This document shows, one piece after another, positions 41,150 through 54,548 of a stretch of 64,000 nt of DNA (the first letter of the stretch is position 1; every line of letters begins with the position of its first letter). The notes under the pieces are model-generated. The model made no database searches. It was not told the origin of the DNA and worked only from the letters and a program-made list of their open reading frames with translations. This DNA is from Octopus vulgaris. Lineage: Eukaryota. The stretch is from assembly GCA_951406725.2 (NCBI GenBank), contig OX597825.1, positions 49,538,001 through 49,602,000 on the forward strand, read 5' to 3'. The position numbers and the translations under genes are program-made.

Positions 41150-41950
41150 TTGTAGATGTGATGTCGTTAAATTGCATTATCGCTAAATATATAGTGAGTA
41201 AAAGAATATGGTTTAGTGTTCCTTACATATGTTCATATGTTTTCTTAGTTCTATGCAGAATTATGCGTTGTCGTAATGCGTTTTTCGTCTGACCAATGTA
41301 ATGCTCCCACACCTTGAACGAGTTACTGCGTAGATTAGGTTTTTAAGATGGACGGGTGCAGTTATTCGTTACTGTGAATGGTTGCCCTTGTTTGAAATGG
41401 GACTTCTGTTAGTTCGAAACTTATACCACAAGTGGATATTTCTCTACTTTTACTTTTGGTTTTGTTACTATGGTGTAAAGTTTGGCTTCGTTAGTACTTT
41501 TTCATTGATTTGGTCTGTCTTTTACTCTTTCTGAAGGTATTTGTTCAGAGGAATTAGTTCACGCTGTGTTCCTTTTTTCAGTATTTGTATGCTTTGGGAT
41601 AAGTTGCTGGTTTCATAATTTTGACTGGTGTAGATGGTAATATATGAGAGGACATTTAATTGCAATCTATTCTGTTTTCAGATAATTTACAAAATTTATC
41701 TTTCATTACGTTCCTGCAAACGTGGAGATAAAGAACCTGAATGGGTGCCGAAAGGAAATATTTGGTCGTGCGATGCTTTATTACTATTGCTTTACATTGA
41801 AGATTACATTAGTTATTACGACAAAGTTGTATTGGGTAATCTTCTGCTGATATTCAGACGTAATTTATCAAACATACGCGTGCTAAATGCACACACACAC
41901 GCACTCGCACACACAAACACATACACACATACTCTCTCTGTTTCTGTCTC

Positions 41951-41985
<35 letters not shown>

Positions 41986-43600
41986 GACATACATACTGTG
42001 TACAAACAATACCTTGCTTAGCGCTTTAATTACGGTCTGAAAGGGATGTGCTAAAACGAAGCAGTACCATAGGAGTATGATATATCTCAGTATAGTGAAA
42101 GCTACAAGCTAGATAGCCCATTTTCTTTTACTGTGGTACATTCGCACACAAATACGACAGATATAACCAAACGCCTGGATATTAGAAACTCACTGACTCA
42201 CCCGGAAATATAGCAGCAGACATTCGTGTTATAACTTCATAGAATATGGTGACATCGAATAAACTGGTGAGCTTAATTTATGACCTTAATTTAAAACCTT
42301 AAAATCATGTGATTTAAAATTATAAAACTAATTGAGTATTGTCCTCCTCTATAGATTTCGAAATCGTTATTAGGAAGTGCTAGAATATAACAATTTCGGA
42401 CTTTTAAAATTAACTAAGCATTTTCGTCTTAGAAGAATGACGATTTTTCGAAGAATAGCTCGTTTCGTCTTCTTCTTTGTATACAAGTGGGTAACTTTAC
42501 ACTTAAGAACCGGACGAAAATCCTTGAATGTCTAGGTATATGTACCTGCAACTTCTCAAGACATGATATAATATGAGGCATCTTTAGAATCTATGAAACC
42601 CGTCTCTGTCAATAATTACGAAGCATCGTCGCCTTGAACGTGTTTGAATATGCTCCTTGTTTTATCCATTAATTATCTTATCTTATTGTTTTATCTATTA
42701 ATTATCTTATTATGTTATTGCATCCATGGATGCAATAACATGTCACACACGTCATGCACCCATATAGCAAGCAAAGTATTTAAAATTCTTTCAGTTTCTC
42801 TATGTTACCATCCCACAGTGCAAAGCAAACGTCGTGGTATCTTTTCCACATGTGTTGAGTATATTGAAGGAAAGGGTTCTCATTTTCGTAGTGATTCTTG
42901 GAGCATCGTATAACCAATGACTTTTTAGTGGATGGGGTTGTTTGTTTTCATCACCATAGAAGTTTCAGTTTTTGCCGATGAAAGTTGTCAATCATTATAA
43001 AACAGTAATTCCTTTCATATTCAATTATTTTTCTATAAGATGTGTGGTTCACCTCTATTCTTTTTACTCAGAATTTAATGGCCTCAGTTCCAAAGATATA
43101 AGTTACGTTTGAGTAGAGATTCCCTACATCAAGTATACTATCAGAACTATTTTTTCATTGACTACTTTCAGATGCTGATTTAGCATATCTCAGATGTTTC
43201 TTTTTGCATGGAAGAGAAGCTAAATTTACATCTGAATTGGCTAATATGTTACTATTTCTTGTCGGTAAGTCTTTCCGTATAAGTTTATTAATATTGTAAG
43301 ATTTCTCATTAATTTTATTGACTATGGTTTTCGACCTTTTCATAGAATATGCACTCTTGTAATATGAATAAGACGCGATGTTTGTAGAATTCTACATCCA
43401 CTAGGAAGTTATTTCAAATTTTCATTTTGTTTAAGTCGTCCCATCCACTCTTGATATAATTTGATATCGGGGTTTCTTTGTGAATTAATATGGGCAATTT
43501 AAAATCTATTCACAGAAATCGTCGACCATCTTGTTTCTATCATTTCGTAGTGTGTCGTTGCTGTTGTTTCTTACCAACATTTTGTTATGCTTCTTTATCA
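41150..43600 (-). mobile_element. Old degenerate PLE (RT and GIY-YIG remnants; may be more than one copy)
   Basis: LDVGNLYSNV (~43100-43133); YLDI and THLYTK (~42480-42545); NLIYAVT..CG / EHYIGQTKNALRQRIILH (~41250-41342). Confidence 0.65.
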
Positions 43601-45559
43601 TGCATCTCTTCTGTGAGATTTAATTTCTAGTAAAATTCAGTCGTGTCGTCGTTCGTTGCACCGTACTTGGACTTTTTAATGCTTTTGTGTAAATTTAAGC
43701 CTAGCAGAGTGTGCACTAATACGTTCTGCTGTTAATTCTCTCTTTGATGAATTACGAATTTTTGTTGTTTGTTTCTTTTTTGCTTCTTTTGTTCACACCG
43801 TATCCGGCTTATCTCTATTCCTGTGGACAGAATTTATAAATTGGTTATTGCAATCAGGTTCATTCATGTTATTAGTGTTGCTTGTATTTTTGTGGCTTAT
43901 AGTAAGAGTTTGTTGTATAATATAGTTGGGGGAAAACAGGTCGATCTCACTGTTGATTTTGAGGATAGTTAATTCTTATTTTATTGTTGTTTTTTTTTGA
44001 CGTACTCATATTTTTGACTTATTATTGTTTTGAATCATTTTTCGAATAGGGAAATTTTCAGTCTGTAATTAGTGGACCGGATTCAATAATAGAAACCTTT
44101 ATTTATCAGATAAAAGTGTTAGTTTACGTATCACTGTCTCACAGACGCATGCAAGTCAAGAGAGTATTTGAAAATCATTACCTTTGAGATAATCAACAAA
44201 CTAACTATTATCACGATATCAATATATTTTACGTAGAATTTCAATGCAGAATACTATAGTGAGGTAAAATTGAAAATAATTTTTCGGAAATAGTTACCTA
44301 AATGGATAAATTCTAAGATATTTACCAAGGAAAAACTTTAGATACTTTATCACTTTGAATAACAGGATAATCATTAACAGGTTTTCTAAACAAGTCACAA
44401 TATTCTTCCATATAATCCATGTTCAAAATAAATCAATAAATAATAAAAAACAAATTGAGTTTACAAGGTTTGCGCTATAAAATCTATGAAGAAATGTTTA
44501 ACATTTGTATTGAGATGATGTAATAATGCACCATTTCTATTCCAGAATGAGTGATTCCGTGGGTCAGTTGTCGTTGGCTGTGGTAATAGAAGTGTTGAAT
44601 AAAGAAGGAAGAATGTGAACATTACATAAACATTAATTTGGTACAAATATTGTAAAATTTATTAACCACCACTAGAAACACGACTTAATTCCCAAGCTGG
44701 TCATCTAAAATGAAAACGTATTGGTAAAATACTGCACGAATAGTTAATAAAACAATTCAAGTAGAGAGGAATATTTACTTTAGTTCAGAATACATAACAA
44801 AATTGTGAATATGCGCATACGTATTTAGATGCTTTTATCTGTATATATGTGTATGCATCTGTGTACATACACGAGAAGGATTTGTTTATATCTTACGAAA
44901 AGGGATTTGACAACGTAGGCACAGATTTGCATGAAGGTAATGTATAAGTACCTGCAGGAAAGAGTCTTTTGATGAGAACAAAGACGCACTCTTTTTGTGT
45001 TTTGCTTAGCGTGCACACAATGATATGTATACTAAATAATGAGCCAGTTATTGTCTGGAATCAGTAATAAAGCTTTTCGCTACATCGTGATACAAGCAAT
45101 TTCATTAAAAGATAATTCTTCATTTGCATCATGTGACGTAAAGAGTACCGTTGAAATTCAAACAATATGCATTGACTCACACGCACTCCATCATAAGATT
45201 ATTGTGAACATACACACACATACACAAACACACTGACTTGCATGTGTGCGCGCACATAATATTTATGTTGTTATATAAATTAAATAGATGATATACAATC
45301 TTCTATAAATTCATGTCCACGCATTCAACTAGATTTAAAGTTACGTGTCAATATTTTCATATACGATTTCCAGATGTAGACGACACGTTGTTCAGAGATT
45401 GGAGTTTGTCTTCTCATGACTTAGAGAAATCAATTTTATTGATTTAATGAATCATGATGTATAGAGGTAATTTAGTTCAATAAACTGTATATAGGTAGTT
45501 TAGTGAGAGGTTAAATTGTATTGGTGCCTGACTGACGAGTGAAACGTCAAGGCATGTTG

Positions 45560-47760
45560 GATAAATATTCTTGTGTTTATTATCAGCGCCACCCAAGTTC
45601 TTGGAACAGTATGATTTTGATAGTCCCACAGTGGGTTAATGTACTTTTTAAGAGGAAACTGTTTTTAGGCAGCTCTACTGCGGATTTGGGATGAACAGAA
45701 ATTATCATCAATGCTTTTGAACTTTAAAATTTCAAGAGATATATTAACTGAAACTTTGTTACGGAAAGTAAGATTGATCCATTGTATTTTGGTTGCGTTT
45801 ACAGTCTTACATTGCATTGTGTTTATTAGGGGGAATCTTTGGCTCACAGTACACGTTGGTGTCGCTAGAAGGATTTGTATCTTTTAGTGTAATTTATATA
45901 TTTCTAGGTGGCAGATATTTGTTTTACATGGCTAATTTTGATAGGAATTATGGGTCGTAGGATCACCTGCACTGATCAACAGTATCTTCTGTACATTTTA
46001 TGAAAGCAAATATACCAAAAACATCAAACTCGAGCAGAAAAAAAGGTTGTTACAAAGTACAAATATATGTTTAGGTTTCTAAACTATACTTACATATTTA
46101 TCAAATGTACTGCAAAATGCAATGCGGATGACAGCTGAACGTACTATTTTTCCAGTACAGTTTCAGTTTACAAGCAGCTAACAGTCATTTACATGTTCGA
46201 ACACACGCACAATCACAAATACAACCATACGTGTATGTGTATATATCCGTGCACTTGCGTACGCCCGTGTTCGTCTATGTAAATGATATACAACTTGTTA
46301 TCACTAACGGAGAAATACTGTCACCATGAAATAACATTTTATTTTTGTTGGACGTTCTTAAAATGATAAAGCCAATTTTTGCAAGAGCATAAATGTGTGT
46401 GAGGAAAACTCTTATATTGCCGACAATGTAATATGATACTGTATCTTTTCCCTCCCTCAATATTTATGTCGGTTTGTGTTGTTCAAATATCTGTCTTTCG
46501 CTCTCTCCACCTCTCTTTTTCGCTGTCGGACCCTTATTCTTAGTCTTCTTTGCAGTTAACCTAAAGCAATAAATACTACTGCAGTTACCAGTTTCCAACG
46601 GTTACTAATGTTGTTAATATAGATTTATCAACGTCTAACTATCGTTTTCTGTCAATAATGAAATTGCGTTTTATTTTTGTCGGAAGTTCTTAACATGATA
46701 GAGCAAATTAATGAGTTCTTTAAATGGAAGAATATTTGAAATATAGCATTTTAAGAACGTTTCAGTGTCTTGTCATGAAAAATTGTTCTAAAAATGTATT
46801 GAAAATGAATGAGCAATTCCCCTGAAGTGTGTCATGCATTGGGGTCTTGTGGCAGAAAATAAGGATGTCATCTTGGCCCCAAAATAGGCTACAGACTCGG
46901 CTTTGCTAAATGTGTCCAAGGATCAGCGAGGGTGTAAAAGTGGCGATGGAATCTACTAATCAACATCAAGAAATGTTTTCTGTATGGGCCAAAATATAGT
47001 TTACATTTACCAAATCTGCTGAGCAGTGTTATCGAGTCAGAAGTCAAAATGTTGCCAAACTGATGCCTTAACCCTACAGCCATGGCTGCATAACAGATTT
47101 GTTTCGATTTCACCACTTCAAAATTATCCAGATCCATCGCCAAATAAGATGCTTCCCATAGATTGTATACAAAGTTCAACTAATACCTTCAAATATCCTC
47201 AGGATTTTTGTGACCTTATCTTTGGAATACATTATTGATCTATATTAAACGAAGAGTCACTTTATTTTGGAATTGATTTTGGATTCGTGAATTCATCTCT
47301 ACATAACTGGTCTCTATTCAAGGTTTTTCTCTATGTTGCGAGATTGTTCGTACATAAACCATACTTTTTACTCGCAAACAGTCACAGATAGGCACACAAA
47401 CATATAAATGCATGCAGACAGAGATATAACGTTGACTCTAATTCCTGTTCACCATGTACTAGGGAATATTTGATTATGATTTCTTATACAAAGGCGCCTG
47501 ATGCATTTTTATATAGACCAAAACAAGAGTGTCACTAACTGCCTCATGCAGAAAATGTTTGAATAACACACCGTAGAACAAACAACGCCATCGGAATTCT
47601 TCCTTCTGCGGAGTTACTGTTGTTAGATTAGAAGGATAAGTTTTAGTATCTGGGTATGATTCAGATCCTCAATGCGGGTATATTGATCAGTCCGTCTGTG
47701 AACTCAAATTTGGCCCAAATTGTAAATCTAAATGGCATTGAGACACCACCATTGGAGTAG
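45560..47760 (-). mobile_element. Old degenerate PLE RT remnant
   Basis: Scattered frameshifted motifs: FR..I-GPN (~47700), SNIP (~47465), R-Y-L-D-N (~47130), TFLDV (~46965). Confidence 0.4.
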
Positions 47761-48811
47761 ATATTTCATACCAATAACAGCTCGCTGATGAAGAAGGCGT
47801 GGTGGATTCGGATTCAGTGAATATTGTTATCTTATTATTCTCACAAATTCTTGGTTACGGGTTATTGCATGATATAGTTATATTCACATGTTTCTGTTGA
47901 TTCCGCACAAGAAGAGTCTGGTAATAATGCGCATACAAGGAAAGTAAATATTTGAGCAATCTTTCGGTCACGATCGTCTCATTAATGACACTAAATTGCT
48001 CCATGCTTCAGAATGATAATCAAGCTGTAGCTAAGCTGTTACACTCGATTGTCAGAACGTATTGTCAGTGAGCAGTTATCTTCCAGCAACATGTTCTTAC
48101 TGAGCAGTTAACCTATTTTACTTTTGCTCTCAGTCGCCGATACAAGGTACAACCAACCCTCCGATTTTGTGTGAAAGTAAAAACGATCAATTTGTAATCG
48201 AAAGGTGCATTTCCTGAGATATGGCAGGGAGGAAAATATAGTAAAAGCTCATATGTTGAAGATCTCCGATGAAGAGCAGCCGTCAAACTGTATGATAGGC
48301 TCTTCATGTCTGTTTGGGTTGATGGAACTATACTGAGGGGCAACCAATAATTTGAAATTACTATACCTACACTTCAAAATGAACAGCTTATATATGTATA
48401 AATATATTAAGTATATGATTTAACTTATTAAACAGAGTTCAACAAATTCATTCCTATTTTGCACACAGGGATGAGATTAGATGTTAATATGGATGATAAT
48501 ATTTTATATTCATGTAGCTGTACGATTGATGTAGAGACATTAGCGATTTTGTCAAGGAAAATCTAACCGATGAGAACTAATTAAAATTACGTTTAAAAAA
48601 TTTAATTTGAAAACTTCAAGACCTAGGTCCTAGATTATCCATATTCGGGTTGTACATTTATTTAATGTTCTTCCTACAGGTAACATGAAATGTTTAAGTT
48701 CGCCCCCCGCCAAAATTTTGCCAGTATATATATACAGGTAAGCTTTACAATAGCGTCGTATATTATCGACTGCTATTTTCCGTAAATATTGGTGCATTGT
48801 TGTACCACTAT

Positions 48812-48888
<77 letters not shown>

Positions 48889-49914
48889 GGGTGTGTATAC
48901 AACTATATATGGGTGTGTGTGTTTGTGTGTATGTGTTTCTTTGTGCATTTGTATCTTATCATAAAAGATTGTGCAGTACTGTCTATATTGAAAAAAAATC
49001 ATAATTATATTTCATTATTTTATGGTCAAATGGTTATTCTGCTAATGCCTGTATTATTTTTCTTGTTGTCTTGTTTAGTTTTATTTGTGATCTGAATACA
49101 GGTTATTCTCATTACAACATCTAATGAAACTTTTTTTATGACTAAGAATTAAATACATAGGGATAAAAAAATTTAGGATTAATTTCGTGTTCCCTTCGAT
49201 TCAATATAATTAATGTCCTCTTGCGAGTGACTGATCACTCTTTAATATATCAGGCTATTTAATGTATCTTCCTTTATCAATTATTGTAGCACAGCACTAA
49301 ATTGTTTCCTTTCATATTCTCAGCTTTAATTGATTATGCAGAAATACACATACACGTACACGTACATGCAAACGCACACACACACACACATATATAATAT
49401 CTATGCGTGTCTGTGTGTGTATTTATGTGTTCCTACGTATATATATATACTTACGTGTGTGTGTGAGCAAATATATATCATATACATAGACATACATATA
49501 CATACATAAGTATATACATACATACGTTTGTATATATATATATAGTTGCATGTATGCATAATCCGAATAAAGAGATGAAGAAAGACTTTAACACATCGTT
49601 AATAATCAGTTACAATTGATTCTTTACCATCTCTGCTTAACACTCCAGTTCACACAACAGTTAATATTACGTACTATTTAATGTTTTAACATTAGTGTGG
49701 CGCTTCCTCAGACTTGCATGAAAGCAATTGTGCCCTTTATATTATACACACACGCACACACACATTAGCAGAAGTGAAAAATTATACGCACGTTGGCCAT
49801 AACATGTCTTTATTGTCAAACTGCCTTCTGCACATGAGTGCTTATAGTCGGAATTATTGTGGTCACGTGATCGAATTTTTATTCAGATTGCACCGTCTTT
49901 CTTTCTGGCTTTAG

Positions 49915-50410
49915 AGTGTGAGCATGACCGATACATAGCAATGTACACCAAAGCCTAACAAAGAGCAGTGCCCTAATTTTTCTGGTCGGAAGATTTTTCA
50001 GGTGCTGGAATTCATCAGAGATTTTGCACTACAACGTAGAACTGAGTAGGAGTGGCTCGAGGAGTCTAAAAGTAACCTGACAAGCGTGACGCACGAAGAC
50101 AGTGCACGACGCCCGTCAATTTCCGCCACCGATGAGAAGATTCAGCAAGCTCGAGAGATGGTGATGTTGAACCGGTTCATTATTGCCATCACAAGGATCA
50201 CTGCACTTTGTTCTTCTTTGGTACACATTGCCAGTGGATCGGCCATGCTTACCCTGTAAAGCCAGAAATAAAATATGGCGCGATCAGGATCAAACTTCGA
50301 TCACGTAACCACAATAGTAACAACAATAAGAATGGATGCGTAGAAAGCATTGTGACAATAATGAAGACATGTTGTGGTGGAAGCTCAGAGAATTTTTTAC
50401 TTCCTCTAGT
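49915..50410 (+). mobile_element. Internally deleted mariner-like remnant
   Basis: VTHEDSARRPSISATDEKIQQAREMVMLNR, like the mariner HTH linker. Confidence 0.6.
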
Positions 50411-50412
50411 AT

Positions 50413-51322
50413 ATACAGGGTGCGTGAGGTATTTGAGGACATAATATTTTTGGGTCATTGTTGCATTCTTCGATAACTCTGTGTGATTTTTGTTTCAGAA
50501 AATAATAATGGCAGACCCAATGGTTACTTAAGAAATGAAGAGGCATGTTGTTATTGTGGTCATAAAGGCAAAGCATAGAATTATCTCGATTTTGAAAAGT
50601 TGCAAGATCTTTCGTCTACAAAGTTTGTAAGGAACTAGAGATTGAAGAATGAGACCTTTCATCAGTATCAAAGCATAAAAAGCATTCTAAACGCGCTAAA
50701 ATCTTCCGAATCCCTGAATGTATCCAGCAAGTGCAACACACCTTTGACTACAATCCCAGAAAGTTCATGAGGTCAACTGCAAAAGATCTCCATGTGTCAG
50801 AAGGAACAGTCAGAAATGTTGTCCACGAAGACAACACATATAATTCTTATATGTTGAGGAAAGGACAATTTGTCAGAAAAGACAAAAGAAAATCACTACA
50901 ACAGATCTAAAACTGTTAAACAAGCTGAAAAATCCAGCAGAAGAAGATTTGATTTGGTTTTGCTCACACGAGGAAAACTGCGACCAAGGTCAAAAAGTTA
51001 ACAGAAGAAATAACAGTTGGTTATGTGCAGACTCTTCTGACGCTCTAAGTGTTATGCATACAAAATTTCCTGAAATTGTCATAGCTTTAGGGATTGTCAG
51101 CAATGAATAACATGTAATGCCACCTTACCCCTTTCCACAAGGCCTTAGAGTTAGATCTGCCACATACATTGAGTTCCTAGAAATAATTGTTAAAACTTGG
51201 ATAGACAGTGTATGCAATGAAAGGCCATATGCGTTTCAGTAAGACTCTGTACTATCACACATGGCTCTGGTAACACGGGAATGGATGGCTGAAAATTTTC
51301 ATGATCCCATAACACATAATGT
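50413..51322 (+). mobile_element. maT/DD37D-like Tc1-mariner transposon, 3'-truncated
   Basis: TA|CAGGGTG terminus; PRKFMRSTAKDLHVSEGTVRNVVHED; IWFCSHEE..QKVNRRN; HVMPPYPFPQGLRV..YIEFLE..VKTWI..PYAFQ.DS. Confidence 0.85.
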
Positions 51323-51769
51323 AAATATATATATTTTAATATTTTTATTAGTAATAATGAATAATTAATTTATTAGTTCTTTATTATACGTGCATATATA
51401 TTTATTTATAGAGATAATTTTAGATCTTAATTCTAATATTTATATACATTTATATATTTTCATTGATAATTTATATATTATTAAAATATTATATATTTAA
51501 TAATATGAATAGTCATTTTTTTTTGTAAAATATTTATGTAATTAGATATTGACTATAACTGATATTATATTATTTGCGGGTTTCGTACCTTAAAAATTAA
51601 TACTTAAAAATTAAAAATTGATATTTAACATTATAATCGATTGTATGACATAATCATAATCGTTAAGTTTCTAGTTTGATAATGGAGTTTTTTATAAGAA
51701 AAATTATTAATTTATTTATTTCTTAAAAAATATTGTTTAAATATTTCTGATTATTTATTTAAATATTAT

Positions 51770-51871
51770 AATTAACCTGAAGATTGACTAAAACCATCAT
51801 TCGAATTATTAATTGAATTTAAATTATTGTTATTCGAATTAGTTAATGGGCATGAAACGATCGTAGTGGTT
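51770..51871 (+). ncRNA. Type I hammerhead motif in an extremely AT-rich repeat
   Basis: CTGAAGA 51777-83; stem II (T)TG/CA(T) around a long loop with an ATTCGAAT..ATTCGAAT hairpin; GAAA 51854-57; palindromic ACGATCGT; GTA triplet; stem I AATTAAC/GTGGTT. Confidence 0.6.
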
Positions 51872-51952
51872 TTACTATTTATCTTATATTAAACATTTAA
51901 TACTTTTTGATAGTTATATTTTTAAAAAAATAAATAAATAAATAAATAAAAT

Positions 51953-51987
<35 letters not shown>

Positions 51988-52163
51988 AAAATTTATAAGT
52001 ATAAATTATTAATTTAAATAATTTTTAAATTTTAACTTTAATTTAAATATTTTAAATTTTGAATTTTATATTTTATATATTTTTTATTAATTAATTTTAT
52101 TTCTATGTATTGGTTTAGGATTTTCAGTTTGATTTGCCTAATGGTGGTTTTATCTCTAATTTA

Positions 52164-52215
<52 letters not shown>

Positions 52216-52989
52216 AGCTTAGAGAAGAAGACACGAAACGAAACCAAACGAATCGAATCGAATTTTATATATAATTATGACGCGAAACTCTATAACTCCT
52301 TCTTCTCTATTTCTTTCACCCTCTTTTGCTTCCTTCCTCTCTATCTCTCTCTCTCTCTCTCTCTCACTCCTCCTCATCTCTCTCACAGCCGGGTCTACGA
52401 ACTTCCTTTCGCCGGCTGCCTTATTCAAGTAAACCTGTTTCTTCCTGCGCTCGTGAAAAAAATTTTTTCCTCGTCTAGGCTTATAGGCCCTCTTTATTTG
52501 TTTTCCTGTCCTGTTTCTATTCCTTCTTGTACTGTATTTTTTGTAATTGTATTTTTATTTTGTATTTGTTTTTAATTGCATTGTTTTTGCGTCCTGTTTT
52601 TGTCACATTTTTTTCTTTGTTTTTACCCCTCTGCAAAGGAATTTTATTTAATTCTTTCGCAGGAAGGACTAGTTCAACGAGACGTGTTCTGTCCTCACCT
52701 TCTAAACACGCTGGAGTTGAACTAGCGACGGCTGATGAAGGGGATTTATCCTTGTGTAGTTGTCTTGTACTCTGTTTTTGCGTTGTTAAAAAAATGGTCC
52801 GTTCCATGCTGTTTTTACGTTTTCGTTTCTCGTTGAGTTCTACGTCTATTTGTGGTGTCCTGTACACACGTATATATATTTATATATGCATGTATATATA
52901 CATGTAGATGTAAGTACGTACATATATGTTTGTATGTATGCATATGTTTTATTTATTACACTATATATATATATATGTATATAATTATA

Positions 52990-53031
<42 letters not shown>

Positions 53032-54548
53032 CATACACATATATATATATATGTACATATATATACATTCATATATATATATATATATGTATATGTACAT
53101 ATATATATATTAATATACATATTTAAAAAAATATAAAGTATATAAGATATCTTTATACACAGAGGAGACCTTTCTCAGGACTCCTTACATGCTAGAGCGT
53201 GTAGTTAAAACCCAAATCACGAAAAACGATTTCATGTGGCACGGTGATATAACACCAGAACGAACAAAAAATGATATAGTTAATCCCGAACTCGAGTTTC
53301 CCTATTATAAATGTTACTATCGCAAATATGTGGTTAAATGAAAATAATTTATGACCAGTAGTTAGCATGCATAAAGAAAATCATAAGACATAAGAAATTT
53401 AAAAAATATAAAATGTTTGTGAGGACACAGTTTTAAATTTGTGTATTTGCTGCAGGAGTATATGTTTACGCTTGTGCAATAAGACCGAATTCATAAAGGA
53501 TAAAGATGTAGCTGCCTTCCGAACGGGTTTTCGGTACATATTTGCAACTGCATAATTATTCATTAATTAGCGATCACGCTGATGATCTACAGATTCCTAA
53601 TTAGTTTATATGGCAATTAACAGAGAAACTCGATTTCAAGATTAACTAATTCCCTTTTTGTTCGTTCTTGTATGTACTGAACTTTCTATATTTATACATA
53701 AATGTATATTCGTGTGTGAGCATGAATTTGTACCTATATGACCATTTGTGGATTTCACGAGTACATCAATTGATGCATGTATGTAAACCTACGAATATCC
53801 ATATGTGTGCGAAGAGGCGCTACAAGATAAATATGCACATGTGCTGATATACGCATCACCCTCCTTAATTCTAGCTAATCCCCTTGACCACCCCTCTTTT
53901 TGATATCTTATGAGCTCTATAACCCAATATACATTTTGATATTTACCGCAACGATTTAGTCATTTCAATTCACATAAAAGTATATATAGATATACAAAAA
54001 TATATCGGAATGTGTGTATGTATATAAAAATAATTATTATGACATAGTTTATAGGGGTGTGTAATATTATAGATTACATATATATCCCGGCCCTCTATGC
54101 ATGTTGCATAACTTAATTGAACTGAGGCTATACACTCTTAATTGCTAAAGATTTACATACGCAAAGGGATTGTATTAGTATGATGAAATCGAAAACAGAA
54201 AGAGAGGAATAAAGAAAGAGAAAAAGAGAAATAAAGAAAAGAGAGAGAAGAGGAAGAAAGTAAGAAAAAAAGTAATAAAATTATAAAGAAATAAAATAAC
54301 AGGAGGAGGGGAATAAAGGAAAGAAAAAGAACAGAAAAGTAAGTTTAAAGTACCAGTTAATGGTCAGTGGAGATAATTTGAAAGTAGGAGTGGGGAGATA
54401 AAGGGTGACTGAAAGAGAAAGGTATTAGAGATAGAAGAAGTGGGGGTAGGTGATAAAAGGTAAAAGAGTCACATATTGTGTAGTGGTAGAGTCTAAGTAG
54501 TGGGGTAGAGAGAGAAGGGGGTTAGTAGTAATGAGAAAAGAATTTAGG

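Noticed and set aside
47780-47820. Isolated CTGATGA matches (also ~38336, ~53579, ~58744)
   Set aside because: No paired stem II followed by GAAA and stem III/UH
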